Shown in pieces: positions 30,901-32,314 of a stretch of 54,783 nucleotides of DNA. Both the position numbers and the translations under genes were made by a program. The stretch spans positions 9,064 through 63,846 of the forward strand of contig DCGM01000106.1 of NCBI GenBank assembly GCA_002315255.1, read 5' to 3'. Below the pieces are notes generated by a model. It was not told the DNA's origin. It searched no databases and worked only from the letters and a program-made list of their open reading frames with translations. Source of the stretch: Lachnospiraceae bacterium UBA1778. GTDB lineage: Bacteria; Bacillota; Clostridia; Lachnospirales; Lachnospiraceae. Numbering within the stretch: the stretch's first letter is position 1; each line of letters opens with the position of its first letter.

Positions 30901-32231
30901 TTACTGACCAGGCGGAAATCCGATTCCATCAGCTCATTCTGCGTGATTCCCGGGATGAAGCGGTCTAAAAGATCGCGTCTTCCGGAGTTCACAGCTGCTG
31001 CGAAAAGCAGGAAATCCGAGGTTCCGGTCAGGATGAACGGATCAGCTTCCGTGCCGGATCCGGTGATCTGCGTAGGAATCGTGAAATTCCCGAAAAGTTC
31101 GGAATTCTGGACGATATCAATATTCAGTTTACTGTTGTAGAGGTCTTCGAGAAGGACCGTCTGATGATTGACTGAGAAGGTGCAGCTTTCAGCATAGAGA
31201 AGCGCATGGTTCGCATTCGCGCAGACCATGAAGCGCTTGGAAGAATCGGCTGCCGTAAGGAGTCCGCCCTCCGGGAGACGGTTGTTTCCGGAGAACTTGA
31301 TATTGTTTAAGACTGCGGTGCGGCCGATGTAACCGCCGAGGCTGCCGTAGGTACGGGTGTTATTCACCGCGGTATCGACAAACACGCCGGAGAGCTCCAG
31401 GTTAATCGCGCCGCCTGCTTTTCCGTTTACGGTGACTTCGTAGGAACGGAGGTCACCGACGAGGCCGCCCATATAGGTTGCGGCCATTTCCATCTGGAAG
31501 CCTTCTGTCTGCTCGAGACCGGAGTTCCGGATGACCATCGTAAAATCATTCTTTTCGTTATTGATGACTGCGCCGACGAGGCCGCCGACCGCATCCATCG
31601 GCTGGGTTCCGCTGGCCGTAATCGAAACGCTGATTCCGTCGATCACTACCTGCGCGTCCTTCGCGTCGCTTGCAATGACCTGACGCGCGACAGCGCCCCA
31701 ATCGCCATTGAACTGGGTGCCTTTACCGGCTGCCTGTGATTTTTTGTCGTTTGTATTGGAGAAGACGATCTCGCCGTTTTTAATGACTGCGCCTTCGCCT
31801 AAGGTTCCAAAGAGCGGTGCATTGAGGTAAAGCGTGTTTCCGTCTAAATCGAGCTGTCCGTAGAAGCGTCTCTTCGCGTCCGCACCGGAAGCATTCAGCA
31901 TGTCATTGGCGGCAAAAGCGATATAGGTCGCGTTCGTACCGGACGGATCTACCTTAAAGTATTTTCCGACCGTATAGTTATCGATATTCGCCATGTTCCG
32001 ACGAAGCCCAATGAAATCCTCTTCCGATTTCAGAAGATATGCCGTCGCGGCGCTCAGTCCGTCTCCGGATTCAAAGATATACTCGGAGAAGATCTCCGTA
32101 TCCTGAATCTCAGGCGAACTTGCCTCTACATGCATATCGGGAACTGCCGCAAACAGCAGTAAAACAGCCAGCGAAAAACTGACTGCTTTTTTAAGGAATG
32201 ATTGTGCTTTTTGGACTCTGCTTCTACTCAC
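945..32231 (-). CDS. Giant secreted surface protein/adhesin, 10,428 aa (signal peptide; GLUG-motif modules; long Ig-like module array; acidic linker; second GLUG-type module plus unknown C-terminal domain)
   Basis: A single ORF runs 31,287 nt without a stop. It has a GTG start at 32231 with GAAGG 6 nt upstream.
- N-terminus MSRSRVQKAQSFLKKAVSFSLAVLLLFAAVPDMHVEA/SS looks like a Sec/SPase I signal.
- aa ~40-1500: repeated G.GT...P(F/Y).I ... F.G.F(D/N)G.GH.I.L ... GLFG ... (Y/V)(A/G)GG(L/I)(V/I/A)G, the pattern of GLUG-motif adhesin/IgA-protease-like heads.
- aa ~1500-1900: MBG-like segments.
- aa ~1900-8837: modules beginning D.(T/A).P and ending D.AGN (Ig/HYR-like beta-sandwiches), several with Asp-box-like S.D.G.TW.
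- aa 8838-8908: acidic linker.
- aa 8909-10428: another GLUG-type module (IAGGLIGVM, YAGGLIGIM, YTGGIIGMF, SAGGFIGYV, KAGGLIGSA), then ~1000 aa without motifs I recognise.
- The protein ends ...NRTEAE* with no LPXTG, TM, SLH or dockerin pattern. Confidence 0.93.
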   Translation of the reverse strand: MSRSRVQKAQSFLKKAVSFSLAVLLLFAAVPDMHVEASSPEIQDTEIFSEYIFESGDGLSAATAYLLKSEEDFIGLRRNMANIDNYTVGKYFKVDPSGTNATYIAFAANDMLNASGADAKRRFYGQLDLDGNTLYLNAPLFGTLGEGAVIKNGEIVFSNTNDKKSQAAGKGTQFNGDWGAVARQVIASDAKDAQVVIDGISVSITASGTQPMDAVGGLVGAVINNEKNDFTMVIRNSGLEQTEGFQMEMAATYMGGLVGDLRSYEVTVNGKAGGAINLELSGVFVDTAVNNTRTYGSLGGYIGRTAVLNNIKFSGNNRLPEGGLLTAADSSKRFMVCANANHALLYAESCTFSVNHQTVLLEDLYNSKLNIDIVQNSELFGNFTIPTQITGSGTEADPFILTGTSDFLLFAAAVNSGRRDLLDRFIPGITQNELMESDFRLVSNIDLQNCGFTRIGWFNSVNYYMPFSGTFNGEGHSITLSTRTGKDNVGLFSVITGDAWFANLTLQGTVVTAGRYAGGIAGSIGIPTDGEVATSITFAYITSAVAITSTATGQAYVGGLVGSADYSSTTAKSALIFDNVTVSRSVSSSGSYAGGLIGQIITPAQNRVYGDTFGLDLTVSYCTISGYVSSTHDNAFGIGGAIGSIHYDANSVYKNSTFTGLRANSNVSLTYNPVRMNVSNCAVSGGGRKTGISGGFAGEILGVEADFDSVQFNGAFSSEGGFGLIAGKASGRFDISGITLSRTSITCTDQDDFSGTLFGDASEAYITAVAPTLSGSMSIDAVEGRYGTIAGQVMKSTWDYTGTEIPAGGILVLSGSLLSNSFGSTAERIYSSFSPMFISGQGTEANPYLITNAYQLQLLSAFNAAMPSVARYLLSCFNTSFLGSTATDIDKIYYIKTAVFKVANDISLVGMNYYPMPLIGGTYYGEKPDGSAANIYFNGTEANFGSAYEKRDNHSGLFGPIAAKTIFDTVTIRNFSIEGKVAGSYYAGALISGALIGKGTGNIGLDAVERGNVIVSDITLNGVTVKTAELTSAFTTSDARGNGLLIGSISEGSLSVENIHISLPANAINGNVQIADALIGRVSGQNTLVEMEKVAFPDAGSAGSANAYLGRKITGSENDPDYYASFVYQLLSGNVYYYYDAADGSSYGYQIDDAVMGTEAHGTTAGTMSHETVHVNPATNVLDRGLGTMASPFIIDSPSQLFAIASASHTGGQTLGKVLLYVNGQTIPTLVEGHEKEYQNALSALTEYLMNAYYRVITDLDFESYYIDNLASAQSEAAGTLDAYLGLGSVSYPFRGTFDGRGHTITLSDKTNGTSGTVSNFSLLGVIKGATAQNMIIRTEADGIDVVSTGEDREYSALVASMSIGGDSVIDNVRISGFFTPDFSDGGILFIGGYVGIVEAGTLQLLNLPEDYVKNFYIVGSEYEQDHCAAICPSVLDGNIFYMGTDASSSLIWGSEETQFTGTVNTYFTRQIGPAWGAGNTYKYSLVTKNDAGKYAYLPSDLGLTITENGVLAGYPKYSGTFEFTVRVQAVESVSQTVVKTDYKTCTITIEKAEYPDLNVTIPSNLTYSMMSTTINIRNFVNADTSASFYSSYNATKRKRLASAVGIADSEVAWSNTKLILEIEGNSTDVIELAYDKDNELYIKINGIGTANLIITKPEDRAYFATSVVIPVTVSKANLTIYLKDQELWYGFTSLPEDLSNVYISGLRGFANSTVYAPSGNAEATIWNDITLAWASLGLSAPTVVLPYELQEGTYPAGSVPAGSYTISVGELTNAYASDPTDHRYEETLAHYNIRIYPATVNVIKKRVTVNDYIIYRLDDDGNRIGTYDVVSTNMWFNSDIEIVPTNGYDEIEDITGGSGWQSSLVITGERKQSIKIRLKESSTGLTTIGGNEAWVMNLNIDKTAPLATVTYANAYSAEPYGDKIEGEAVYKNPFTITMHGQDVVSNSVSSGIERLEYIYIKENVMYATRAEWEAKIADLVSRGQASWTQIYNDTVFTRPNRDDKGAYFVRALDKAGNWSLLSYYEYPTITADTVTSAWYVLDVTDPTLTLKNSSEYGEWRVYDAGIPDISFYAADTCAGIKSIIYRIDSDNVLDNVSMTLHGNGNYAIPVNHLGNGVHTVYIAVRDWADRVTDTTITIRRDATAPRIVIEPLYDDVNTIYTTYKEFKVSVYDTTAPLLGLTISHMEGTDEKVTTVNLNGRYDETNHCYVYTYRDNYCARSLIHTVKAWSVSVHDSNVDSGDYLRAIDTTIDVPKVDNRTPSLSIEAHHTVDNSVYDGSTTYSRGKVTENAPWSADDIRVTYTDTVENLGVTRLYGYKLSDPTRTPQFFGATNDEGQFEMADGTWTLDVTVSPSTPSQPSFFEDTYCLWLVSDAGLSSSLVYYTVRVDQIKPVISNVKFNNSFITDLLNALTGGLFFNTLTIEMDVTEKNSGLKDVSLNLTYATDDDGEAAEIILSTEENTKNLTSVTNNGNGTYHVAFYVNRTDMERRYEYQGMPEIIATDNVLNESFPYQVNRRVTIDNLDPLFDMDTTEQDWNDNDFWTVEDVYVELTNIHDDGPEEVASGVRYLYWFLSSDDVTDPDVVDTYAGELHRITLRETMDDDFVYSYSFLVTEGDNLTETPNGNYYVACVIEDFMGRRTLHTKHILKDDERPTLNSISLVLSGVDRMEYDGNGHYSLKDNTYAQADDIIYVDVSKADFPQSPLILNVRLVRDGDPSTVYQDFDLLPIDNGTDEPGYLDENGHIIFKYHLPDDLKANNANLNGVYSFTVYAGNCGPEDNGQNYSNTLTFDTEGRMAQFPTSVPVIDADAHTHYTDWTDVIQQIVLSYTEMPGAPERLQYSIINLADGALETLDIYTVENGQMLVKTPENKNRFTNFTDLTNANTWAGNYATNTHTLTVSELETLFPNDGLYAVAFRVCDDNDNYSQHYSMIYLAIDREAPTLTEINFATTPYGTDFPESYDPVIQRDGRTYHFSEDVYADLQAWEVTNNPNYLDFYHPFTTEYSYDGITWQEYNYTAFSFSNENNALYFRSTDYLGHVSTRFASFVTNNKTPGDVVVSYARDNDSRRISEWGSSDIIFTLTGGTTPGMLLDHFEFAWQELDADGNVLPYEEGLFTLDEEGMNWAWLPMTYDSDNNLVWNILNLDGNLPYELDGIYQFYFRAVSNTGNMSAVHIVNSLALKDSKTPQIRTTGTTGVLDGTWTTESASFVVEELTTNKSPVTWFVTINGVRYTLKGTQFTLPSEISTGNGLLYPSWDDTTNTLTLTGDTAHNTPVYFTLMSDAGLYSDSDTYLLSMQQTTDHLRDLTIADIVASVNPTGTIIDGVGGFYQQWYRYVDDYPTFSLKVADQIGNPFYHAETAPISVWYRYENLTTGTVAADDDSTTGSVPLTAGNIADLYELLVDDIVTLTVWLEDEAGNKKDSVTFTAHSDFTNPDEAFVTIENNESSLIDRIMSALVFKWFYQNEERYRTVHLTADCSLSGFESFSYYLYNISDGQIPANLEKPDGFNNSIWTTVTDGTFQIPVNFGGIVFIRVRDNAGNVTVTQTDGTIFENEDPTLQPLAASGGMLNNWYYVDPLITIIAGEDTTDDIPDSGVVSVIYREIRDYGRSTQTTLRELELIDDTFQNSDGVGYYLWQYGINTETQGIFDVEVTVTDRAGNVTTASRHLQVDSHTPDLLIDITTSDGAYPSSDTTYWTEKDVTASFSTPNQVSPLVYAYSIDDGNTWTDIRNASGTAVNSITCSEDFNENVKFRVTTTSGVYQISDAYTIKIQKSFPSSAYGFTNASGNSTYKITYDQQKNSAGWFNDPVNVSLYAPYHILRSGRLQAPVYTDYQLYKDGVAVSGQSGTIVISDPANVPSPTVFHLTEDGIYTLEITVQDETFSRSVTASTTIKLDTTAPTDPVFYIEEENQLRALLNTITFGLLFNNTKTLRVTGNYDISGYKKLEYLRVPVRTAEAKAAIEAMTAAQINAMTSQQWAAIVSDQISWVTPDNESTGELYEDKDFIGVYFARLTDNADNSLIISSNGFIVDIYDALLDSRIDHVIGSKRTTAYEPDRNHTYNDPDYTEDANYRTLSSDQWYRSAVVQFYTYANPSGIDNIKFYNIDYETGEEELIETWTQDSGELQAAMNSLSLYNEPFYGSYPTRVNGRYYVKIVVTDTAGNVYNDMTSQLIQIDNTTPELVITKNVDDIWDEEITNDDGALTGKWTNKTLTFTANYYGLIFNPNGQTVRTQNANIGAKFYYNVNGGDWHLIHADERGRFTLTLDQNTHANYSFMALIGDTSLVEDVETVTDPYDTLATYVVYEGIYVEEPDYGPTSYEVLIQKTAPGEFLDWHHSVAEYSEFLMFKESNDYIPETFPNTAGWYNTQLAFNAYFPAEATALEAPRVTEYKIYKDGVLYPTTVYLKKWDADGQAYYETEETTGEGTWNAEFDFSSTQERVFFEMLDDGYYTIELQTFDATYLYDGRTNGNHNTKKTYTYKVDATDPELVDIRDESQSIIGNLMEALTFGLFYNHQTFTFDVDFDISGRKSLEIYLARQYSGTAFPDTSSTVNEATGDYTWYSLVGTETTYTLEDDFRGVIYVKATDIADNTYSYWTTVGLVTDNSAPDLSLVLSAPGATYNIDGGWDLIIDENNSYGELEPLSLESGDGLWFNRPAEIVMQSRDYEGDLNTLLSLTYTLTRYPDGVANTNKVETTGTIYSTEAYTELQDLGPDPMEEYTMTVSADGLYVLHLVATDRSGNETDAYVTFRVDMSVPSLDESLIYINGTDVTDRYDTGSICLQSIESASISTDAGISGLDRIEYQFYNGTGVSDDAWVVYSAAGLLDDIQTNCQNSIFTIFYRVIDQAGNVLDPDIGSTYSRTIFLDNVAPTVIAVTGIPEYWDSEWNSSDVTLTWYAYDFIEIENDFSGKNSGIEAYSLDGGTTWTEWTYDMDENGLTLTFNANRILQFRLRDYAGNIGDMSNGHDDQSPNVEIKYIDKIAPNATDSKLKIHNISNYTADHYYSTDQTITADFVKTYGTILNGVGSLGTPEWLEYQILTWDETLSEGGWISFSDQFSADALTEHSIVLRAEDYPDTQVKVYFRVRDLLDRTYVIPTPAIVNFDTTAPAFTTDTISYQRVNNDSISRLLNTLTGGLFFNDQVEVTVEINDPSTRTTEDGDENIIAASPLTTLYYKRGLADNVYRSAAITKDATTGLYYASFMVPATTRRINGNDYYYFRGDVSMYAEDSSLNTDVASGNYGRYNRSAVVTLVDFTVDNVPPAAPTLEVTYYDQTADSVVAYPNTTSNWVKWNVTFKISGSEVLSGVKMFQYSTDSGARWNDLEWADEEETYVLFSTSCVSGSNLVEDIIFRAVSYSGMTGTASSAYHIHIDRKDPTALSYEISGEPHEDRWYTEDRMTVKFTQDNFAPVSLGWYMVDENAVNQTYSPLTLTSDGTTRSAEIPLSAGVHTYMFRAEDAAGNVITDSLVVMQDSGVPTTSVAAYFGNSGQESSWKPYPNQSDNYVNYDDYNRVILKLDSYSIAPFNRFEIYRDGVLESTFIASVCNVVAPATVGGVYHATFDYAVPGGNTDGAEYTVKSVTSSSDALADDFGDSFNPTEQNVMFRYDETAPAFGIITYEHVNRSEFDRFLNSISFGLFFNDAVVVSVPFSMELESIGHIGAAFYDFSVALLEKDGAPKFLDPADITVTPVSGSTTAYVAKFQIDPNFEGSIHLFAYDNAGHFQINGSDAAMGTRNEAIMSLADFHVDDVAPVITFSRDSNNQPNSLGWNNIFDNGMRMPDYEYLNNRLCVHVSITEENAGIDNWSYSVTQAGQGVYDFGEYSNTGSGKGETEENIYFYESGIYEISFTVTDRANNTTTETHTVKIDLSEPDLTVTAETLGEDTEDYFGDWTDQDIRITLSLADSVSTNHYFYTTGDPTSASVTWTELAPEADGNVYINFTSDTDLVYSFKATSDAGLDTNTGARGYLPTEKLYYQQTIKLSNSVAAAPTLVVKKFSKETETGDYITDTFINEDVRFYVSVSDTDGNRPFGGARSLLYSTSSDGTNWSNWSSPYSYTGIIGDMTGFVIEQTADYYNETYYRFASVSNSGVVSEISNTWHVLIDKMAPVIDSVKFEIVNDGVVSGILNALTGGLLFGRDIKVTYTYHDEGIAGLKDAEAVLWIDQSDYHLDHAFASRRNMSQSDSFMMSDFTDSTDIQLAAFMEIKLLDYAGNDAYERIGDKEDMFLVDTVVPSAPEVSSDKILGSTIVGSYDGSWTSYNLVYALSGSESMSGIHHYEFQLDGSSEWVTSATVNGFYFNLTTTSQTTITGYGAPVTNVTGAKLTVTAPREADLTTTVKFRAVTNAAIAFNASGAVTSYLAGAETDEFDINIDTRIPQFTVTPDLDTFEDSGWYNERVTYTEEALNTNASGVTYYYYVYGQSAQSFSDGVLLPADGYTLDDDVYFYAESGAGVQSEYFYLGSDEHHTSPLSYIHVKVDALDPSADAPTATPIIGGGTYTEGTYTCETLLINFPEATAFSGIDHYTVETYDLLTDKTYTQTFDPPLSVGLELSGDKNNFYAVTYYSVSGRTLITSIHACVWQSAPALPDVTVTVNNQVVDEWDENWFSEVPSFTVTLPERIATLEDPVTYVHFIIDGVDHILSNEEEVYEYVFDEFEDGHHTIEYYSAFDDEDGLPLIFANEELSFYLDTKYPDITFEATPYSRELLEALSNDMDRFYIYVEEANFAEEPTITASVVKKTVGENGIVEETVTLDPDEFFDVVFDSTEQRYIYSHDFDGVSSEDGVYEFTAYAIDMSGNEVSASTGFEVDYSAPVFEGVQYELINDDVLSGVLAFLTGGMFFNRSILVHETATDPNLNYLYWEYVGIDGQVHFGTVNATDGRAVSAVRLDPQFDGEILFMATDMVANRVSETRYIVLDSKAPSSPDVDMRTGSSFAAGTEYSDDEWTYQDVFMKTSGGLSLSGIKKYQYRKGSDEFTDYEESANGVTVTAQGQYVYEFRAVSNSDLAGASTTKHVNILKSITAPQITVNGHEYDGWYENATIIRLAKTQTLGAEITTLQYSYDNITWEEYDPDCGITPLDGTNRYYARAVAFGGVVMSPVSYLDLTVELHSGNLIYSFTSDGEHYDEGVWVPNPIVATFQFDDTRSSLDRVMYWASDGTVNETVSAENGVVSITITESGEYSFIAFSKCENGSSISYEICYDAYAPDVTNWDFISKDYGLRADYSFYSEDQITLFGESVSLVFTINEIGGSGFDFENSTISYPLLTGGSVSESIEDYLSSDDGENLTFIVPIDDKVGGVITLSYRDNARDDFADYPVTDVRVDIEEPYADIATVRYKKDGVEADYAEGTWVNADRINFIFYGGDNDDLGFASGWCGLIISYNSDDFDFSSCAEGFNGDEYSFWLAGERHIRFRPFDHADHLGEMFDFTICIDRDDPYYTTLPTPMMVPMESGYYVCLIVEEPTSELCDIDIICGETEISDYYVTQLTGDNKIWIIDLFVEYNGVYTVDVTDLAGNHGTTSFEVTNLDFTDPVIGGISFKTADGNDYDNESWTNQSVIVSVDAHDEGTEMPDGTVYQVGLASEAYSFDGGATWQSGNSFLVENNTLLYIAVRDAAGNVTYYNNVCAVMSIDKVDPTINEISRTPSSDDWTSDDVIITVDAEDDASQIKEYSFNGGASWQSSPSKRYTVNTENIIIAVKDVAGNITTYPATLFIRNIDKTTPTIDVNVFDADGNLYVPGTWTSELTFGYVPGVTPISGISYYYKAVPAGQSVPAFDRSTWSELGTATGFDENFSGTLCFIAVTGAEVPSQMVCILANVDPHTPSDPSVSAINAVYTDGDGFPWYDGTQVTFEIALTDTESSSGYTVYRFVDGINDIPATKTGNVYRDTVTLAANAGTGTVTPNYYIKTGAGLTSGTETAKAYVDTEEPSYTTEINIYNTDGTSAFLSALTGGLFFNRKAVLTVSLNDGDNGSGITQSKVEVYDNGTKVAEATGTTSIVLVIPYQLALTGTAEIRVSSIDNVGNSFGDAYSGISSNIAEIDLTNAEAVAYKKNDDNSESAYTLGTPTNTDVIVYLSGASSFAGIDHYEYSYSTDNGTTWSTWASCTGTGSNGSLMITTDGNRKYKFRAASVASYDGTPLTVQYAVLSDILSIYVDKTDPAVTGIDWSEENVTASAVTLTIRAADALSGVSQYAFSNSSTEDGILDSEWGTGNTLTVSANRDGIYVYVKDNAGNVSAYTQNPINVRNIDLVAPQILTTGAYAITKSTTDWTNETVTVTFFVKDSGVAARTVQAIGADDSAYTLSDPTLVSGTTDTYRYTFTVSANDVITLKAHDEANLTDATTTVTISNIDGDGPTIGSVDNSTASLEWTNQNAVLTINATYEGAPITGYSFDGGATWKTANTEMYSANTQNIVVKVMDEAGNVTTYSETLSITNIDKQGAVLQSHSLSRAGWVSDSLTVSIPYGISGAELVSAVVETLEDEAWTLSDATVTIGDDSFSFIVYENGSYRLNVTDEAGNHSYAIAEIGTIDHTVPGAPTLDLSDAGYASEGTYWTDGSSLDIYASYTDSTPLSGIIGYAYRLGAEGTLHDFMTSATLTEEGTYRVYAKTGAQVYSSSYVEFTFKKDNAGPILTMETYDVNDEPIADLLNILTGGLFFEKATVLEVTSTDKKDANGLEDGAGVASVVISINGTPEVTSTTGTARFTLKQSVGACTVEISALDQLGNEAQELRYKTVVYNGAILMQADEAYITGNFNVDGHGYTPALSESSAAETLDPVTLTVSGLSAATGIEKYQYAYAVNGGDFSEFTDCAMGTNAGTVVFEDAGVYAILFKALSVAPDDGVSREKVSGIYYVVIVEPEPETEPETEPEAETPTEDETEDGTEDGTEDETEDVTEDETEDGTEDATEAETEPEASSEETDETPTEEPVLSNGSEDTLQRNRELFEQYQMVLNAREPGADVTVDEPEDEPEDEPESAYEMMNNRPTTTDTAASMEYSTANSRLPLVCGTDILYAADLLGMHIDSTTDDDGNFIFTIDNNKELLLLALAVNNGTLSYGLGRSTGHGDNLTAGAVIPYDYSVGRVPFMLQFFIGTDEDVNSEMIAKMMTSKTVYQLVENGIYNLTGTVNAAVRDSATNRFLTVSYKNVFEGIGAYCAYDTDSTSVGSSYEYRTNGRQFTASFDGQNAVVTYSMKPLDSYFYYRANGLFGSVSWDGTDYNTISNLSVYPTIICNDIAGGLIGVMNGNMTHISNVQVNVPAISSDGDHGIAAEYAGGLIGIMTQGGSLEYPDDAEEDAKPVPVLSDILVLNADITAYYTGGIIGMFNASGFYGNQIALIESQIGFIAYDRNTDSAGGFIGYVYLNPGYGTDPSDVQDDLWQLDDSEFTGNEIIADKAGGLIGSAEALCIPEIMQLNFTEIIATDNRICAESGHAGTVLGYTDATPGENVVGGFYGINVYDDRSDLFDPAYFWGDDEIRLDDQVMAGTCLADFRFIRVTDIRNVLDPGVTTRPTDGGIYESVGIDKTLEARDILTDTVLGLEEIGHIMETEEGKLRYFRYDSAQTRLLNLEEYFTALNEAITGNGHFTVETDAEENETSISDTTLQNVRKISYKSYLVEDGIQTKYAGNLTWREQTGFTMAKSDDNNTWSMIEITYLLSDRRHDKDHYWPLSTTTTVPVQVDLTINVTSRTWITEGDHLYDQSTLATYSSGGDTDQPLFLAGLGYRYYSYADRLPLNDDASFTAYVEMAYSCDRYAIDRIAYDNDGQPIIKTERIKIGKNWRELEIYTVEHMDGTRETGYLLSETDGVATYVNASGVTLENIIDAYPVYKTLPLQVETYFELYGPGFLSTIPEGTVIMMLDLSTGLTYTYTAREGNIQTKISLRDFVLASDPSVNYQLPNLQLHDGVDDYGTSALRETTYAFRKGDTTVTDDRAGLQSYLFVVNYSHTKSGDFGSAMDIKVCAGVDPREQVMPDTDGETTFRFDSYYLDHKASTDKQPWIEIKQRRVLSLQQNAKVDSFSQTLPLIVNVSLIDQIPSEYVYRTDVMNNTYPYLEVVYSISTDRSGVHTVDIPTGTDIYYGNLTYPIATETLDRIPFFKNQGSSYHMGTIFSEYEVPYYDSNNEFMYNYVPEGQSSLTNVNIKFDFANAIDFSFEETETYFLHVDVYRSLDGLDIANSPVASLTIPISLESETIYGYRLTAEETQLSKNLEDLKKTDKLTISSNASYSNINEGNSSTTVQYRLYRKNTTTGQYELYTPSANGMASVTMSYPNGIDFEDDLSDGLASFKMWVYDNSPENQPFTAWLYKDEQRVGEVAVSIKDNVITAIDINMPDEEAEYAWRAECAMLLNAIMAANSTSTVSMRTNTNQTIVLKAVSEILDAHRSSVTSSGDGQNHVTLAVKSDELPAGNYRLEGCIVVNNVNVAQDSYIFNLNRSTYYEPVQDSNNYPNRTEAE
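5508..5720 (-). repeat. Degenerate tandem repeats inside the giant CDS encoding an acidic T/E/D/P/G linker (aa 8838-8908)
   Basis: The translation is EPEPETEPETEPEAETPTEDETEDGTEDGTEDETEDVTEDETEDGTEDATEAETEPEASSEETDETPTEEP. The + strand shows reiterated gtcttcggtttcgtc / gttccgtcttc units. Confidence 0.85.
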
Positions 32232-32248
32232 GTTGTACCTTCTTATCT

Positions 32249-32276
32249 TCTGCCTATCCCGGGCCTTTCCTTACGA
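32249..32276 (-). promoter_or_regulatory. GC-rich stem-loop in the 83-nt spacer between the peptidase-fusion gene and the giant gene
   Basis: Minus-strand RNA CCGGGUCUUU-ucguaagg-AAAGGCCCGG forms a 10-bp stem including one G-U pair. No U-tract follows. It could be a partial terminator, a processing site or a stabiliser that sets the ratio of the upstream operon to the giant transcript. Confidence 0.35.
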
Positions 32277-32314
32277 AAAGACCCGGAATTTCACACAGGC
32301 ATTACTTTATTTTT

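Noticed and set aside
945-32231. Giant ORF as an assembly artefact or a pseudogene
   Set aside because: There is no stop in 10,428 codons. The repeated modules are highly diverged at the DNA level, so collapse or expansion artefacts are unlikely. The protein has a normal signal peptide and consistent codon usage. Long-read confirmation is still advisable.
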